Shown one piece after another: positions 1 through 13,055 of a stretch of 64,000 nucleotides of DNA. The notes beneath the pieces were generated by a model. It was not told the origin of the DNA and did not search any database. It saw only the letters and a program-made list of their open reading frames with translations. The position numbers and the translations under genes were made by a program. Location: positions 96,147,049 to 96,211,048 of the forward strand of contig NC_057718.1 of assembly GCF_004010195.1 (NCBI RefSeq). The letters run 5' to 3'. This stretch comes from Chiloscyllium plagiosum (taxonomy: Eukaryota). How positions within the stretch are numbered: the stretch's first letter is position 1; the number at the start of each line of letters is the position of its first letter.

Positions 1-639
1 TCGCAAGCCCACAGGTACCAAGGTTTTGATAGTTTAATATTCTCCCCCCCCCCCCCCCCCCCACACCCATACACACGATGGAGAATTAATCCTCTTGTCG
101 TTTCACACAGATCTGTGAATTATTGATATTGCAGAGTTTAGCATTGGCTTTAGTGCAAGAGGACAGGCTCGGGCGGGGTTGGCGTGTGTGAGAGTTTATT
201 CGGGGGCTGGTGTTATCTGCAAAAGCTTTCCGCGCAGAGGGAGATGAGATCCCAAGCCAAGTGGATTAACTTGATCCCCAAGTGCTTTCATCGGGGCACA
301 CTGGGACCCAGAGCTCACTTATTACTAACCCAGATTGCTAACTTATCATCTCGACGCGAACCTCCCTCAAGTTGGGTTACAGGTGTCTTAAACGTTTGCA
401 GGGCTGTGGTACATACTCTAGGATTCACGTGCGTGACTTTGTACACAAGGAAATGGACTCAGCATCTCTTCGCTGAACCCCCTCCCTCCTACATCCCGCG
501 GGAAAAGAACGACAGTCAGTCTAAATAAAAGCGCCGTGTTCAGAGAGGGAATTCAATTTCTGCATCTGATGCCAATCTTCTATCAGGCTGCTGAGGTGTC
601 TAGGAGGTCCTAAGGCCCGCAGAGTTCTGTGAACGCAGA

Positions 640-925
640 GGTACACACTGCAGAGACACAGACACACATACAGCACACACTGCAGACACACACACACTGC
701 AGGCACACACACGCAGAGACACATACAACACGCACACGCACTATAGACACACACAGGCACACATGCAGCACACACACACTGCAGACACACACACAGCACA
801 CACACATGCAGACACACACACATGCAGACACACACATGCAGACACAGATGCAGACACACAGCAGACCACATGCACATACACATTGCACTAACTGCAGATA
901 CACACTGCAGACACACAAACTGCAG
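640..925. repeat. CA-rich compound microsatellite/minisatellite (CAGACACACA-type) in the BMP2 intron
   Basis: Degenerate (CA)n interrupted by TGCAG units; it explains the Cys/Val- and Thr/His-rich spurious ORFs at 521-1018. Confidence 0.9.
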
Positions 926-1475
926 GCATGCATTAGCAGTTCAATTTTATTTAGATTCATTTACAAATGCAGTTCATTTCTCTCTCCAATGCAGCTGAAA
1001 ATGAATGTGAAAAAATGACCCCGTAAATTAACCATGGGGTGGATAATCTTCGAACAAGGGCAAGTTCTGAAATAGTTAGATCTGTGTGTTCCCAGCTGTG
1101 TTAATACCATGCAGCACACTTGAACAAATGCACAGATGGGCATATTGGCAGTGAGTTAAATAATGCAGTGTGTTTAGAATGTGAATGGATCTATTTAAAA
1201 AAAAACTGCTGCAGGGGCGAAACCATTGAAAAGTAATCGCAGAATATGGTGCAATCTCTTGTATGAGGCAGAGAGTTTAAAAGTGGCACACACATGGCGA
1301 TCAAGGGGCACCATATTTTGGTCCAGATCAGTATTGCGCTGGCATTAAGGGACACTTCAGTTGCATGTGATTTAATCAGAATGCATTACCGATTCATCCA
1401 CCTATACCCCCTCCACTTCCCCCTCCTGACCCCTTATATTTCTTTGGACCTTGAGTCTGCATGTGGCAAGTCACT

Positions 1476-1605
1476 AGAATTATCGTAGAATCACTACAGT
1501 GTGGAAACATGCTCTTCGGCCCAACAAGTCCACACTGACCCTCTGAAGGGTAACCCACCCAGGCTCATTCTCTGACACTGTTACTCTACATGTACCCCTG
1601 ACTAC
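1476..1605 (-). mobile_element. HE1-type SINE 3' fragment
   Basis: tagaatcactacagtgtggaaac...ggcccaacaagtccacactgaccctctgaag is the reverse complement of the tail seen in the full copies at 42819 and 44183. Confidence 0.75.
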
Positions 1606-2305
1606 TTGGTTGCAATGTATTCAATACACCCTCCATAAATGAATAAGCACTGTTCATTTTTTGCAGTTTTTTTTAATAATGGAATTCTTGGCTATTCACA
1701 CATCTCAGCACTGGATTCCCTGCACAGACCCATCTCTTAGAATGTGGTCAAGTTCTGTTCATGGCGAATGACCCTGACGCAAAAGTAAGAATGCCAGTTG
1801 GTTTACCAAACACGAGTCATGTGGGAGCTCACTGGTTATTATTGCTCTTCCTAACTGCTGAGGGTTAAAAGTAAAAATAAACAGATCATCTTAAATATCT
1901 TTTGTCTCCAATACAAGCGTGCTCTCAAACATTGTGATGCAAATATCATTTCAAACTCTACAGTGCAATGAAGTAAGAAAGTAGTTTGTGTTGAATTTTG
2001 AACATAATCAAATTAGGTTATTTACTTATAATAATTTCTCATATTTAAGGGTTAAGATATACAGAGGGTTAAGATATTGTCAGTGACAATAGATTGCTAA
2101 GGGGAGAAAATAATTTTATTCAAAGTCTCGAATGATGACATTCATATTTATCATTTATATTGATACTGTAGTTAATACAAATTGCAATCATTAACTCAAA
2201 CATTGGGTGGTTGTGATTTCTGTGTTTCCATATGGTTACAGATTGGCCTCACCAGTGAGCCTTGCAATGTGGCTAATGGTGGTTCTGATCTCTTTCTCAT
2301 CTTAG

Positions 2306-3150
2306 AACTCATGGAGGAGTTGCCTGGAGCCAGGGGAGAGGTAGTCCGTCGTTTTTTCTTCAACTTAAACTCTATACCGAGGGAGGAGCTCATCACCTCG
2401 GCAGAACTGAGGATCTACCGCCAGCAGGAGCAAAAAGCCTGTGCTAATGCCAGCAGTGGTTATCATCGCATCAATGTGTATGAGATTCTCAAAGCAACGG
2501 GGTCCTCATCCAGTGATCCCATTACCCGGTTGCTGGACACAAAGGTCGTGCATCACAATGTGAGCAAATGGGAGAGCTTTGACGTCAGCCCTTCTGTTAT
2601 GAGATGGACTGCGCAGGGCCAGCCCAACCATGGGTTTATGGTGGAAGTCGTTAACTTGGACAAGGAGTGCAGACATTCAAAGCGACATGTCAGGATCAGT
2701 CGGTCTTTGCATCAAGATGAAGAAAGCTGGCCTCAAATGAGGCCTTTATTGGTGACGTTTAGTCACAATGGCAAAGGGCACACTCTTGAGAAAAGAGTGA
2801 GGCGTCAGGTCAAACACAAGCCGAAGAAGAGGTCCAAGTCCAGCTGCAAACGACATCCTTTATATGTGGATTTCAGTGACGTGGGGTGGAATGACTGGAT
2901 AGTGGCACCTCCGGGATATCATGCCTTTTACTGCCAAGGAGAGTGCCCTTTTCCATTGGCAGATCACTTAAACTCAACAAACCATGCCATTGTGCAGACA
3001 TTGGTGAACTCAGTCAATGCAAACATTCCCAGGGCATGTTGCGTCCCCACAGACCTCAGTCCCATTTCGATGCTTTATCTTGATGAATACGACAAAGTTG
3101 TATTAAAGAACTACCAAGATATGGTTGTGGAGGGTTGTGGATGTCGTTAA
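2306..3150 (+). CDS. BMP2: Bone morphogenetic protein 2, final coding exon (C-terminal prodomain plus mature TGF-beta domain)
   Basis: Polypyrimidine tract and AG acceptor (tctttctcatcttAG, 2291-2305) give a phase-1 exon reading (E)LMEELP. The exon has an S2 furin site RISR (2692-2703), an S1 site RVRR (2794-2805), a 114-aa mature domain [38 protein letters not shown]...CGCR with 7 cysteines, and TAA at 3148-3150. The N-terminus and [14 protein letters not shown] are BMP2-like rather than BMP4-like. The ORF-track start at 2182 is intronic read-through. Confidence 0.95.
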
Positions 3151-3500
3151 AGCAGAAATTTATCAAAAAAAACTTGACACTTTACTATTTCCCAATGAAG
3201 ACACTATTTATATTAAAAAAAAATTAACAAAATAGAAGCATCTATTTTGAAAATATATTTATGGTTACTTAAAAAGAAATTGGGAAAATAAATATTTTAA
3301 TCAGAGAATTGTTCCTTTTAAATGATGTTTAATTGTATTTCAGATGTACATGTTTATATGGGTTTAACCCCCAACACATGAAGTATAATGGTCGAATTCC
3401 TATTTTGTATTTATTGCAATTGTAACCACTTTTTAGAAAATAGCTAATTTGTATTTATATGTAATCAAAGATAAATATAGGGTTTGTACATAAATTGCCA
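3151..3500 (+). promoter_or_regulatory. BMP2 3'UTR conserved AU-rich regulatory element
   Basis: Very AT-rich, with ATTTA at 3206, 3257, 3408 and 3453 and a Pumilio-type TGTACATA at 3485-3492. Blocks such as TTTCCCAATGAAGAC, AAATATTTTAATCAGAGAATT, CACATGAAGTATAATGGTC and GGGTTTGTACATAA match my recollection of the mammalian BMP2 3'UTR. Confidence 0.8.
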
Positions 3501-6500
3501 ATCCACATCTGTCTGAAGTCTATATGCTTGAAACAAAACTTGCAATCAGACCTTTTTTCTCAGTTGGGGGCAGGCAAACTAAGAACCTAAAATGTTTCAG
3601 AACGTGTACTGACGTGAGTCCCACATTTCAAAGCGCTTTCTGACATGTGGCACATTAAAATTTTTGGCATAGCAATCTTGAAAAGCTTACCGATAATAAG
3701 ATGAAGGGTTTAGGGACTGGAATGCATACAAAAGTAATTGTAGTGAGGTCTAAATAGCAAACAGTGTAAAATAACACTGGGCTGCTCCTTGTAGTTTACA
3801 GGTGGTTAAATTAGATAGAGGCCAGAGGCAAAATGGACCCGTTATTCAACTTCTGGTGAGGTGAAGCGTGAATGCTGGGAAAAGTCCTAAATCCCATCTT
3901 TAAATGGAAGAAAGTGTGCCAGCTAGGAGTTTCATAAGGCGCAAGGGTTGCTTGGCTTCAGTGAAATTACTCCAGTTTCTTACTCAGTAGGGTGTGATTT
4001 CAAGATGGTTCAAGATTTAACCACATAATCTAGTTTGACCAAACTGACACTGTACTTTTTCAGCTTAGATCTTAAACTGAGAGTCTCAATTAGTTAATGT
4101 AAATGACCCCATTACACTCTTTAAAGCAAACCAAAGAGGATTTCTGCTCGAGTCCTTACCAACAGTTCTTCCTCAATACAAACAGACTATCTGGTTGTCT
4201 GTCTCATAGCTGTGTGTAAATTACATTTGCCCACTCAACAACAGTACTTAGGATTCAAATGTGATTAATTGAACAGGAAGCACTTTGAGATGACCTGACT
4301 ACATATAAAGTGCTATTACACCAGGTTTTTTATTTCCTTCATGAAGATGCTTTATTTAGCCACTCAAATGAAATTGATTTATATCTACAAGCTGATTCGG
4401 GTTTATTTACAAATACGCTAAACACAATTAATTATGACACCACAATAATTAAAGGAGGCATCCACTTCAAAAAATGCAAAATTCATTTAGCTTCTCATCT
4501 GCATCGAAAATACTGGAAATTGGTCACCTTATCACCAGCATGATACAAAGCATCAATATATAACTTATTAAAATTTTCCAAACTATTACATCAGATTTTC
4601 ACAAGCAGGAGTTGTGACACTATTTAGAGCTACAGAAAGTCATCAAAAGCAAATGGAAGCTTTGTGGAGAACTCCTAGCTACAGATACCGAAAATGCCCT
4701 TCCAAAGAATTAATTAATATTTACTGACAAGACAAAAAGCATTGAAAGCGATACAGTGTAAATTCCTATACTTTATTTCCACCTCCCACTCTCCTCTATC
4801 AAGTTCCTCAGGGATCCTTTAGGGTAATAATTACTTACTACTTACAGCAGAAATGTCCATTAAATAAAATAGCTGTTTAATGTCACAAGACATTGTGTTT
4901 TTCTTAAATTGAGGTTTAGATAGAATCTATGTAAGTCACCAAGAAGGTTAACATCACCTTTTGACCCTGTCACAACAGTGACTGCTTAACCACAGAAAAT
5001 AGCTGCACTTATCAGTTATCTTGTTTACCATGAACTCTAGTGCTTCCACAATTTACCCTCAGCTCCAAACATCTTTAAACACAGATTAAACAATTAAGAG
5101 CAACTCAGTGTCATTTCAGATGCTTCCTCTTTACAAAGATTTACTCAAGAACATGTGTATCTTTTCCCATGCCAGTAATTGACTATTGTGGATTTTACCA
5201 TTTGAATGTAGACAGGGTCACTAGTTCTTTATTTACCACCTATTGAATTATTTTATCAAATTAGATCCAACAACAGTTTTGAAGAAAGCTCAACGAGTGG
5301 CCACTCCCTTAATGTCAACTTCTCCCATTACATTAAGCAACATTTCAATCTGAATGCTTATTTAGAAGATTGCAATGCCTACTTCCTCCAAAAGTTCAGT
5401 CATGACTCAGACACACATTCCCTTGAGTGAGGGAACAAACCTTTCCAGCCTTGCTCCATGGACTGTGTGGAATTTGCTGATCTCTATTGTGCAGGCAGTA
5501 TGAGAGCTGCAGTTTGTCATAATATTCCTGGAAAGTAATCTAAGTTCCTACTCCTCCTAATCATTTTTTTTTCAGTGGCCTCTGATGGAAAGTGTGGAAG
5601 CCAGACTTGGAAGACAAGCTCAGGGCACAGTTTCAAAGGTCCCAGATCCTGAATATCCTGAAAACAGTTTCATTTTCAGCTCCGATGTAAAGAATGGACA
5701 TAAAATCAATGACATTCTGGACTCCGTCAAATTGAACCCTGGGACCAGCCAGCAGCTGTGTACCAAGGGGAGAAAAAGCTAATCAATTATCAATAATAGT
5801 GTGTATGTGCATGCGCATAGGAGTCAAAAACAAAAATTTATTAATAGTGTGTCAAATAAACCCCCTGACAGGGCAGCAGGTAAATAATTCTTTTGGTGAT
5901 GCACTGATCTGGAAAAACTCTCAAGTCTTATGCCTGGGCTGTTTCAATAGATCTGACTGCAGAAACACTGCAACAAATGGTCAAAGTTGTTTGATACAGT
6001 GGGTTACCATTGGTGATACACACAAGTCACAGCTTTTAAAAGAGGGGTGAAGACCATTGGCAACTCTGTTATGTGCAAGACACACACATATATATATATA
6101 TATATACAAAAAAGGTCATATTTTGCATCATTCTCAAGTTCCTTTTATGCTAACATTTTCCACTTTTTTTTCTTACACTATACTCATAGCCAGAATTAAA
6201 TTCTAATCACTCCCTTACTCATAGTTGGGACTATGGTAAACCCCTCAGCATACGGCAAAACAAAAACCACTGATGAACTAGGGCCCAAGTCTCAGCGATT
6301 CTGCGCAGGCTAACTAGCTGATCTTCACCTTTATTTGCATGTCAGGGATATGTAATTAGCGAGTTGGTTTCCAGACATTCCAGACAGTAAAGTGTAGGAC
6401 TTGATGGTAGTAACTGGGGGAGCAGTGGATACGGCAATGCAAGTTGTTAACACCACTCTGCTTTCAAAGTTGGACCTTAAAAATATAGTTAGAATTACAA

Positions 6501-7434
6501 TTAAGAGGTACGTCTGTCAAGATGCACCGAGGATTGTCCTATCCCTTAGTTATTTAACAATATATATGACTTACTGTGTCCAGTTACATATACTGTTGTA
6601 ATACGTTGTAAACCATTTGCTGGATTGTACAGTGCTTTCTTGATTCTTGTAACTCAAGGGAAAACAACTTGCATTTTATTTTCTTTCTGTTGTCTGTCGG
6701 TGCGGCTTTCCCAATGCAAATAGCTTAATAATTCATTTAACCAGGACTGCACAAATTAGGCACCAAATTTTGTCCTGAAGGCTTTCTGATTTCTTTTTTG
6801 TAAAAAAAAAGGTTTCACTCACTTCTTCTTCCGTCAAATATCACGTTCTGTCAGATTATTGATACTGTTAGCCTGAGGTATTCTTTGGTAATATTTGCAC
6901 ATTCTTGGGAAAGCAAAGCTATTTTGCTGCAATTTTAAGTGAGCAGTTTTTGTGTGTGTTATCCCGTTGCAAGACACAAACAAAACAAAAATACACGAGT
7001 GTGGGGGCTCCAACCAGAAACGCCGTGTTCATTGCATTTATTTTTAATTTGCAAACATCAAACTTCTGTGTCAACCCTTCCAGTGCTCGCTGACTCTCCG
7101 TTTGACCTATAGATGGCGGCTTTTGTTGTGATGAATTCTCAAATGTGAAAAGACAGCTTAGTGCTTAAAGGTTTTGTGTTCGTAGACAGACAGGCAGAGC
7201 AGAAAGATTTCATGTTGTTTTCCTGTGCCCTGGTGAATTTTCTGATTTCGCCTGATAACTCCGAACGTCTTCAAAGCTCGAGGGCTGGAGCAACATAACA
7301 TTCTCTTGTGATATTTTTTGATTATATTAGAGGGGGATTGCTCTCGGCTCCAATCCACGGTGAAATAGATTGTCATTGTTTATGTTTGCAACATAAATAA
7401 AGATTTTTCTGAGAGCAGTCAGTTATGATTTGAG

Positions 7435-7592
7435 GAAGACGGGAGAACTGCGGGTGCTGTGAAACAGAAACAAAAGCAGAAGTTGCTGCAGAAGCTCAGC
7501 AGGTCTGACAGCATCCGTGCAGAGAAGTCAGAGTTAACATTTCGGGTCCGGTGACGTTTCCTCAGAACTCTGAGGAAAGCCCCTTGACCCTT
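7435..7592 (-). mobile_element. Penelope-like element terminus with hammerhead motif
   Basis: Minus strand reads gagttCTGAGGA...gacccGAAAtGTTaactc followed by gatgctgtcagacctgctgagcttc, a PLE-type terminal motif. Confidence 0.65.
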
Positions 7593-7663
7593 TTTTGGTG
7601 TCAGCTATCTGCCAGCAGTCTCGTTGTTTTTTAAATGACACTGACGAATTTCCTATTTGGACA

Positions 7664-7815
7664 TTAGATTAGATTAGATTCCCTACAGTGTGGAAACAGG
7701 CCCGTCGGCCCAACCAGTCCACACTGACCCTCCGAAGAGTAACCCGCCCAGACCCAATCCCCTCTGACTAATGCACCTAACACTATGGGCAATTTAGCCT
7801 GGCCAATTCACCTGA
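7664..7815 (-). mobile_element. HE1-type SINE 3' fragment
   Basis: (TTAGA)n tail, then ccctacagtgtggaaacaggccc...gggcaatttagcctggccaattcacct. Confidence 0.8.
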
Positions 7816-7909
7816 AATTAGACTGGACAACCCTTCATGGATTGAATGATGGGAGAAATGGCTTCAGCAGGACTATCTCTGTGTCTTACATTTTGTACGT
7901 TTTCACAGT

Positions 7910-8603
7910 GCGAGTCAGAGAGTTGTACAGCACAGAAACACACCCTTTGGTCTGACTCGTTCATGCCGATCAGATATCCTAAATTAATCTAGTCCCATTT
8001 GGCCCACATCTCTCTAAACCCTTCCTATTCATATACCCATCCAAATGCCTCTTAAATGTTGTAATTGTACCAACCTCCACCACTTCCACTGGCAGCTCAT
8101 TCCATACACGTACCACCCTCTGCATGAAAAAGTTGCCCCTTTGCTCCCTTTTAAATCTTTCCCCTCTCACACTAACCTGCACCCTCTAGTTCTGGAGTCC
8201 CTCAACCCTGTTAATAGACTTTGTCTGTTTACCCTATCCATGCCTGTCATGATTTTATAAATCTCTATAAGGTTGCCCCTCAGCCTCCAATGCTCCAGGG
8301 AAAACAGCTCCAGCCTATTCAGCCTCTCCATATAGCTCAAACCCTCCAACCCTGGCAACATCCTTGTAATTTTTTGTGAACCCTTTCAAGTTTCACAACA
8401 TTCTTCCTATAACAGGGAGACCAGAATTCCATACATATTCCAAAAATGGCCTAACCAATGTCCTGTACAACTGCAACATGACCTCCGACCTCCTATATTC
8501 AATGCTCTGACCAATAAAGGAAAGCATATCAAACATCTCCTTCACTATCCTATCAACCCTGGCAAACATCCTTGTAAATCTTTTCCAAACCCTTTCAAGT
8601 TTA
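7910..8603 (-). mobile_element. CR1/HER1-type LINE 3' fragment
   Basis: Minus-strand peptides YRTLVRPFLEY, LPGLEGLSYMERLNRLELFSLE and FFMQRVVRVWNELP are typical of the CR1 ORF2 C-terminus; frameshifted. Confidence 0.9.
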
Positions 8604-8967
8604 TTTGAAATAATAACACACAGCACAATTGTCTAACAACTGGGCAGTCTTCTATGTCTCTGGAGGCTCACCCACCAATTATTTTGTTTCAGAGGTATAA
8701 AGTTTAATGATCTCCTGTGAAGTTCTTGAAAGCCTAGACATTTTGCACAGGGGGCTGAAATATGTGGCTCTTTGTATTTGAGTGCCTCCCTAATTTCTGG
8801 TTACCAGATTTGGATGCAATATTAAAGGTTTGGCTGACATTATAAACTTTGACCATTATACCACAATGACTAATTTTCTACTGGTTTGGCCATATCACCC
8901 AACATCCCATTGACTTTGGTGCTCTGCAGTTATTAAACCTCCAAGTGTTGAACCTATTGAGACAACA

Positions 8968-9163
8968 GGAGGTCAGTTGGCTGGACAGTTGGTTTGCAAT
9001 GCCATGTGACGCCAACAGTGTAGATTCACTTCTTACACCAGCATGTGTTAGCATGAAGGACTCTCCTTCTCAGTCTTTTCCCTTACTTTAGGCATGGTGA
9101 CCCTCAGGTTAAATTGCAACCAGTCTAATGAGAGAATAGGATGATGGTGACTGCCTTTTACCT
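8968..9163 (+). mobile_element. tRNA-derived SINE, family A (core GTGACCCTCAGGTTAAACCACCACCAGTC, tail TTTACCT)
   Basis: The same ~190 bp sequence recurs at 15965, 32438, 47105 (-) and 60190. Confidence 0.7.
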
Positions 9164-9257
9164 GAGACAAGTCCATATTAACTTCTCCCAGTGTGTCTGC
9201 TGTTATTTAGTTTGTTGCTGTCTCATCTTAAAGTGTATTCTTATGACTTTAGGCCCG

Positions 9258-9612
9258 AATTCAGATCTTCAGTGCTGAAATGAAGGCTGACTTTCCAAAG
9301 CAATACTGAGAGAATACGACAGTGTCTGAGGCACTATCTTTTGGATGAGATGTAAAACCAAGTTTCCATCTGGCCTCTTGGTTGTATGTAAAAAGATTGC
9401 ATGGCACTTTTATGAAGTGGAGCAGGGGAATTATTGCTCATGTCCAACACAAAAAAAGTGATCTGGTCATTGTTGCACTGCTGCCTGTGGGATCTTGCTG
9501 TGCATAAGGTGACTGTTGTGCATTACAACTGTAGCCGCATTTCAGAAGTTCGTCATTATCTGTACATCCCTGTGATCATGAAAGGATCAAATAAGTGCAA
9601 GTCTTTCACTTC
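9258..9612 (+). mobile_element. DeuSINE (SacSINE1/AmnSINE1-like) relic
   Basis: Deu-domain-like TCTTTTGGATGAGATGTAAAACC...AAAGATTGCATGGCACT...GAGCAGGGGA...TCTGGTCATT...TGTGGGATCTTGCTGTGC. Weaker relics occur at ~4100-4330, ~34800-34940 and ~43520-43800. Confidence 0.65.
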
Positions 9613-11764
9613 TTAACAATGTCAACACTGTTCACGGAACTGGTGTGTTATCTTTTGGCCCTCTATGTACCGCCCTAAAATAAAGCTGCAGGCATTTGTG
9701 AAACTCTACCCCACTGGGTTCCACATCTTCAGAAGAGGGAAGAAAATTAAAGGAAATCATGAATTCAAATGGAGCTGTGTTTGTCCAAAAAAAGAGTTCT
9801 CAAATAGACCCTCAAGTTTATGACGTGATGCTTGAGCTACAATCCATATCGCTAGATCCTACCCTGTAATGCTGGGCAAAAAAAAAAGCACCATTTATGT
9901 AGTAATGTATCACAGGGGTTTATTTGAAGCTTTTCATTTTGTTCATTTCTGTGATTTTTAAAAACAAAATGCTCATATGGTCTAAATTTAAACTGAAACA
10001 ACTTGACCACACTGGCAGAAGTAAATTACTGTGGAATTACCCTCTTGCTGAATCGTTGCCTTCATTCATCTCAGGAGCAGCAAGTCGTTGTGTGCCCCGT
10101 CCAATGTAAAGTTCAGTGAAAGTCTGACAAATATTTTAAAGGAAAGCTGACTGCGGAACAAATGCTAAATTTCAAAGGGTAATTTCACTTCCTGATAGAG
10201 TGAGGCTGTTGCAGGCATAATGGTTTGTTTTCATTACTAAACTGTAAAACCTTACACTAATCCCAGTGTGGAAATTATATTCTCATCCATTCCAAAGATC
10301 TCCTGCACTAAGCATTACTCACACATAACTTTCCTATCTGCTGAGTATAATCACAGCACTTCTATTCCAACAGTGTGCACTTACAAAATGCACACTGTAC
10401 TCTCACTGTACTGGAATTTTTTGTTCCACTTGAATGCAGAAGATGGGGCCAGTGCCTGAGCCATTTGGCTTTGTACAGGAAATAAAAGAGCCACCTTTTA
10501 TCTCATTTGCATTGCAATTTGTAATCACCTTGATACATGGCAAGCACACCTGCAAAATCAGATCTGCTGGAGTTGTAAAGAATATTCTGGGAAAGAGAAA
10601 AACTGAGTCCTTGAAATGTACATCCTCAACACATTCACAGTCCTTTGTAACTTTCTGTTCAAAATGCACACACTGAGAGGAATCACTTGGAATGTAGTAT
10701 TACTGAAACAACTGCCCCACTTTTGTCTACAAGCTGATTATTACATCGAAACTTGATAAGCGAAGTTCATCCCCGCTGCAACAGAACATAATGCTTTGCA
10801 AATAGAATTCAGTTTCATAATTTAGGGCCGAGAAACATTTTGAGTTCCATTGTAGCCAAACATTTTCTTCGCATATGGCATTTTCAAAACAAAATTGTAA
10901 CCACTTGTACATTTTTCTGCGGTGTTGGTTTTTTTTATAAAAACCAAAACATTATTGCATCATATTATTAAAGACATTGCAAACATTTTCCCATATGTCC
11001 TGTAATAATTTGGTTTACACTTAGATTAAGCATATCTTTACATTTGATCATTTCAGTAGAATATTGCGATTGTTTATGGAATTCCGGGAGAATTGACACA
11101 CTTGGCAAGTAGTCCAGTTGTTTAATAGTGAATTGTTGGGAAGGTAAACAAATTCAGGCCATCATGCCTTCTCTGAATTGTGGCATGCCATGCTTTAGAT
11201 AGTCTCAACTATTTTTCTAAAACCACCTGAGCCCCCAATCACCACATATAATATTTGACAATCATTTACACCGACAATCTCTGTCTGGTATTAAAAGCAT
11301 TTGCTCAAGTGTAGCCACTATGAGTATGAGTAACCTAGATTATCTAAGATTAAAGCATTGTTTATAATTAAACGAGTGCTTGCAAGTTAGAGTATCAACC
11401 ACTGAGTATTTGCTAAATGTGAATCTGCTCCAGTATTGGACCTGCCACCACACGTGTCTTTATTTATATAACAAGTTAGTGTTGTTCATTACAAAAGAAG
11501 TTAACACTCACTCCCTCGTGAGCAGTGTACAATGGCACAGCAGATTAACTACAGGATGCACTGCAGCAACCTACTAAGGCTTCTTCGACAAGACGTATCA
11601 AGGCAAGGGCAACTGATGGGCAGGAACACGATCCTAGTTCTCCCCCCCCCCCCCCCCCAAGCAACTGCAAGGTTTGAACTGCTCCTTCACAGACACTAAC
11701 CAAAATCCTGAAACCTCTATCTGACTACACCTCATTGCATGGACCGCAAGAGTTCAAGAAGGCT

Positions 11765-12428
11765 AGTGTTGCAGAACAGAGAGACCTGGGGTTTCAGATA
11801 CATAAATCTTTAAATTTTGCTTCATAGTTAGAAGGCATTGAGCATGCTTGTCTTCATTGCTTTGAGTAAAGGAATTGGGATGTCATGTTGAGGTTGTACA
11901 GGACTTTGGTGAGGCTGCTTCTGGAGTACTGCATGGACTTCTGCTTGCCCTGTTATAGGAAGGATATCATTAAACTGGAGAGTGCTCAGTAATGTTGCCA
12001 GGAATGAGGTGGGGTTTGAGATATAAATATAGACTGGAAAGACTGGACTTTTTTTTCACTGGAGCAGAGGTTGAGGGGTGATCTTATAGAAGTTTATAAA
12101 GTCACAAGGGACATGGACCAGGTGAATGACAAGAGTCTTTTCCCCTAGGGTGGGGAGTTCAAAACCAGGGATGAGAGGAGAATGAGACATTATGAGGGGT
12201 GGCTTTTCAACACCGAGGTGGTTCGTGTGTGGAATGAACTGCCAGAGGAAGTGATTGATGCAGGTACAATTACAACATTTAAAAGACATTTGGATAAGTT
12301 CAGGAATAGAAAATGTTTGGAGGGATATGGGCCAGGAGCAGGCAGGTGGGACTAGTTCAGTTTGGGAACATGGTCAGCATGGACTGGTTGGACCGAAGGG
12401 TCTGTTTCCGTGCTGTATGACTGTGTGA
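11765..12428 (+). mobile_element. CR1/HER1-type LINE 3' fragment
   Basis: Contains gtgtggaatgaactgccagaggaagtg and ends in gaccgaagggtctgtttccgtgctgtatgactgtgtgact. Confidence 0.88.
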
Positions 12429-12902
12429 CTCAAAGATTACNNNNNNNNNNNNNNNNNNNNNNNNNNNNNNNNNNNNNNNNNNNNNNNNNNNNNNNNNNNN
12501 NNNNNNNNNNNNNNNNNNNNNNNNNNNNNNNNNNNNNNNNNNNNNNNNNNNNNNNNNNNNNNNNNNNNNNNNNNNNNNNNNNNNNNNNNNNNNNNNNNNN
12601 NNNNNNNNNNNNNNNNNNNNNNNNNNNNNNNNNNNNNNNNNNNNNNNNNNNNNNNNNNNNNNNNNNNNNNNNNNNNNNNNNNNNNNNNNNNNNNNNNNNN
12701 NNNNNNNNNNNNNNNNNNNNNNNNNNNNNNNNNNNNNNNNNNNNNNNNNNNNNNNNNNNNNNNNNNNNNNNNNNNNNNNNNNNNNNNNNNNNNNNNNNNN
12801 NNNNNNNNNNNNNNNNNNNNNNNNNNNNNNNNNNNNNNNNNNNNNNNNNNNNNNNNNNNNNNNNNNNNNNNNNNNNNNNNNNNNNNNNNNNNNNNNNNNN
12901 NN

Positions 12903-13055
12903 CTGTGGGAGGAAACCGGAGCACCCGGAGGAAACCCACGCAGACACGGGGAGAATGTGCAAACTCCACACAGTCAGTCGCCTGAGGCGGGAATTGAACC
13001 CAGGTCTCTGGCGCTGTGAGGCAGCAGTGCTACCCACTGTGCCACCGTGCCGCCC
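12903..13055 (-). mobile_element. HE1-type V-SINE 5' half (rest lies in the gap)
   Basis: Reverse complement begins GGGCGGCACGGTGGCACAGTGGGTAGCACTGCTGCCTCACAGCGCC with a B box GGTTCAATTCC and V-domain GTGTGGAGTTTGCACATTCTCCCCGTGTCTGCGTGGGTTTCC. Confidence 0.9.

Noticed and set aside
521..1018. Cys/Val- and Thr/His-rich ORFs
   Set aside because: Translations of a CA-rich microsatellite.
2182..2305. N-terminal extension of the BMP2 ORF
   Set aside because: It lies upstream of a clear splice acceptor at 2304-2305 and has no BMP similarity; it is intron.
2306..3150. Assignment as BMP4 or BMP16
   Set aside because: The mature N-terminus, [14 protein letters not shown], the prodomain motifs and the 3'UTR all fit BMP2 better; a phylogeny would confirm.
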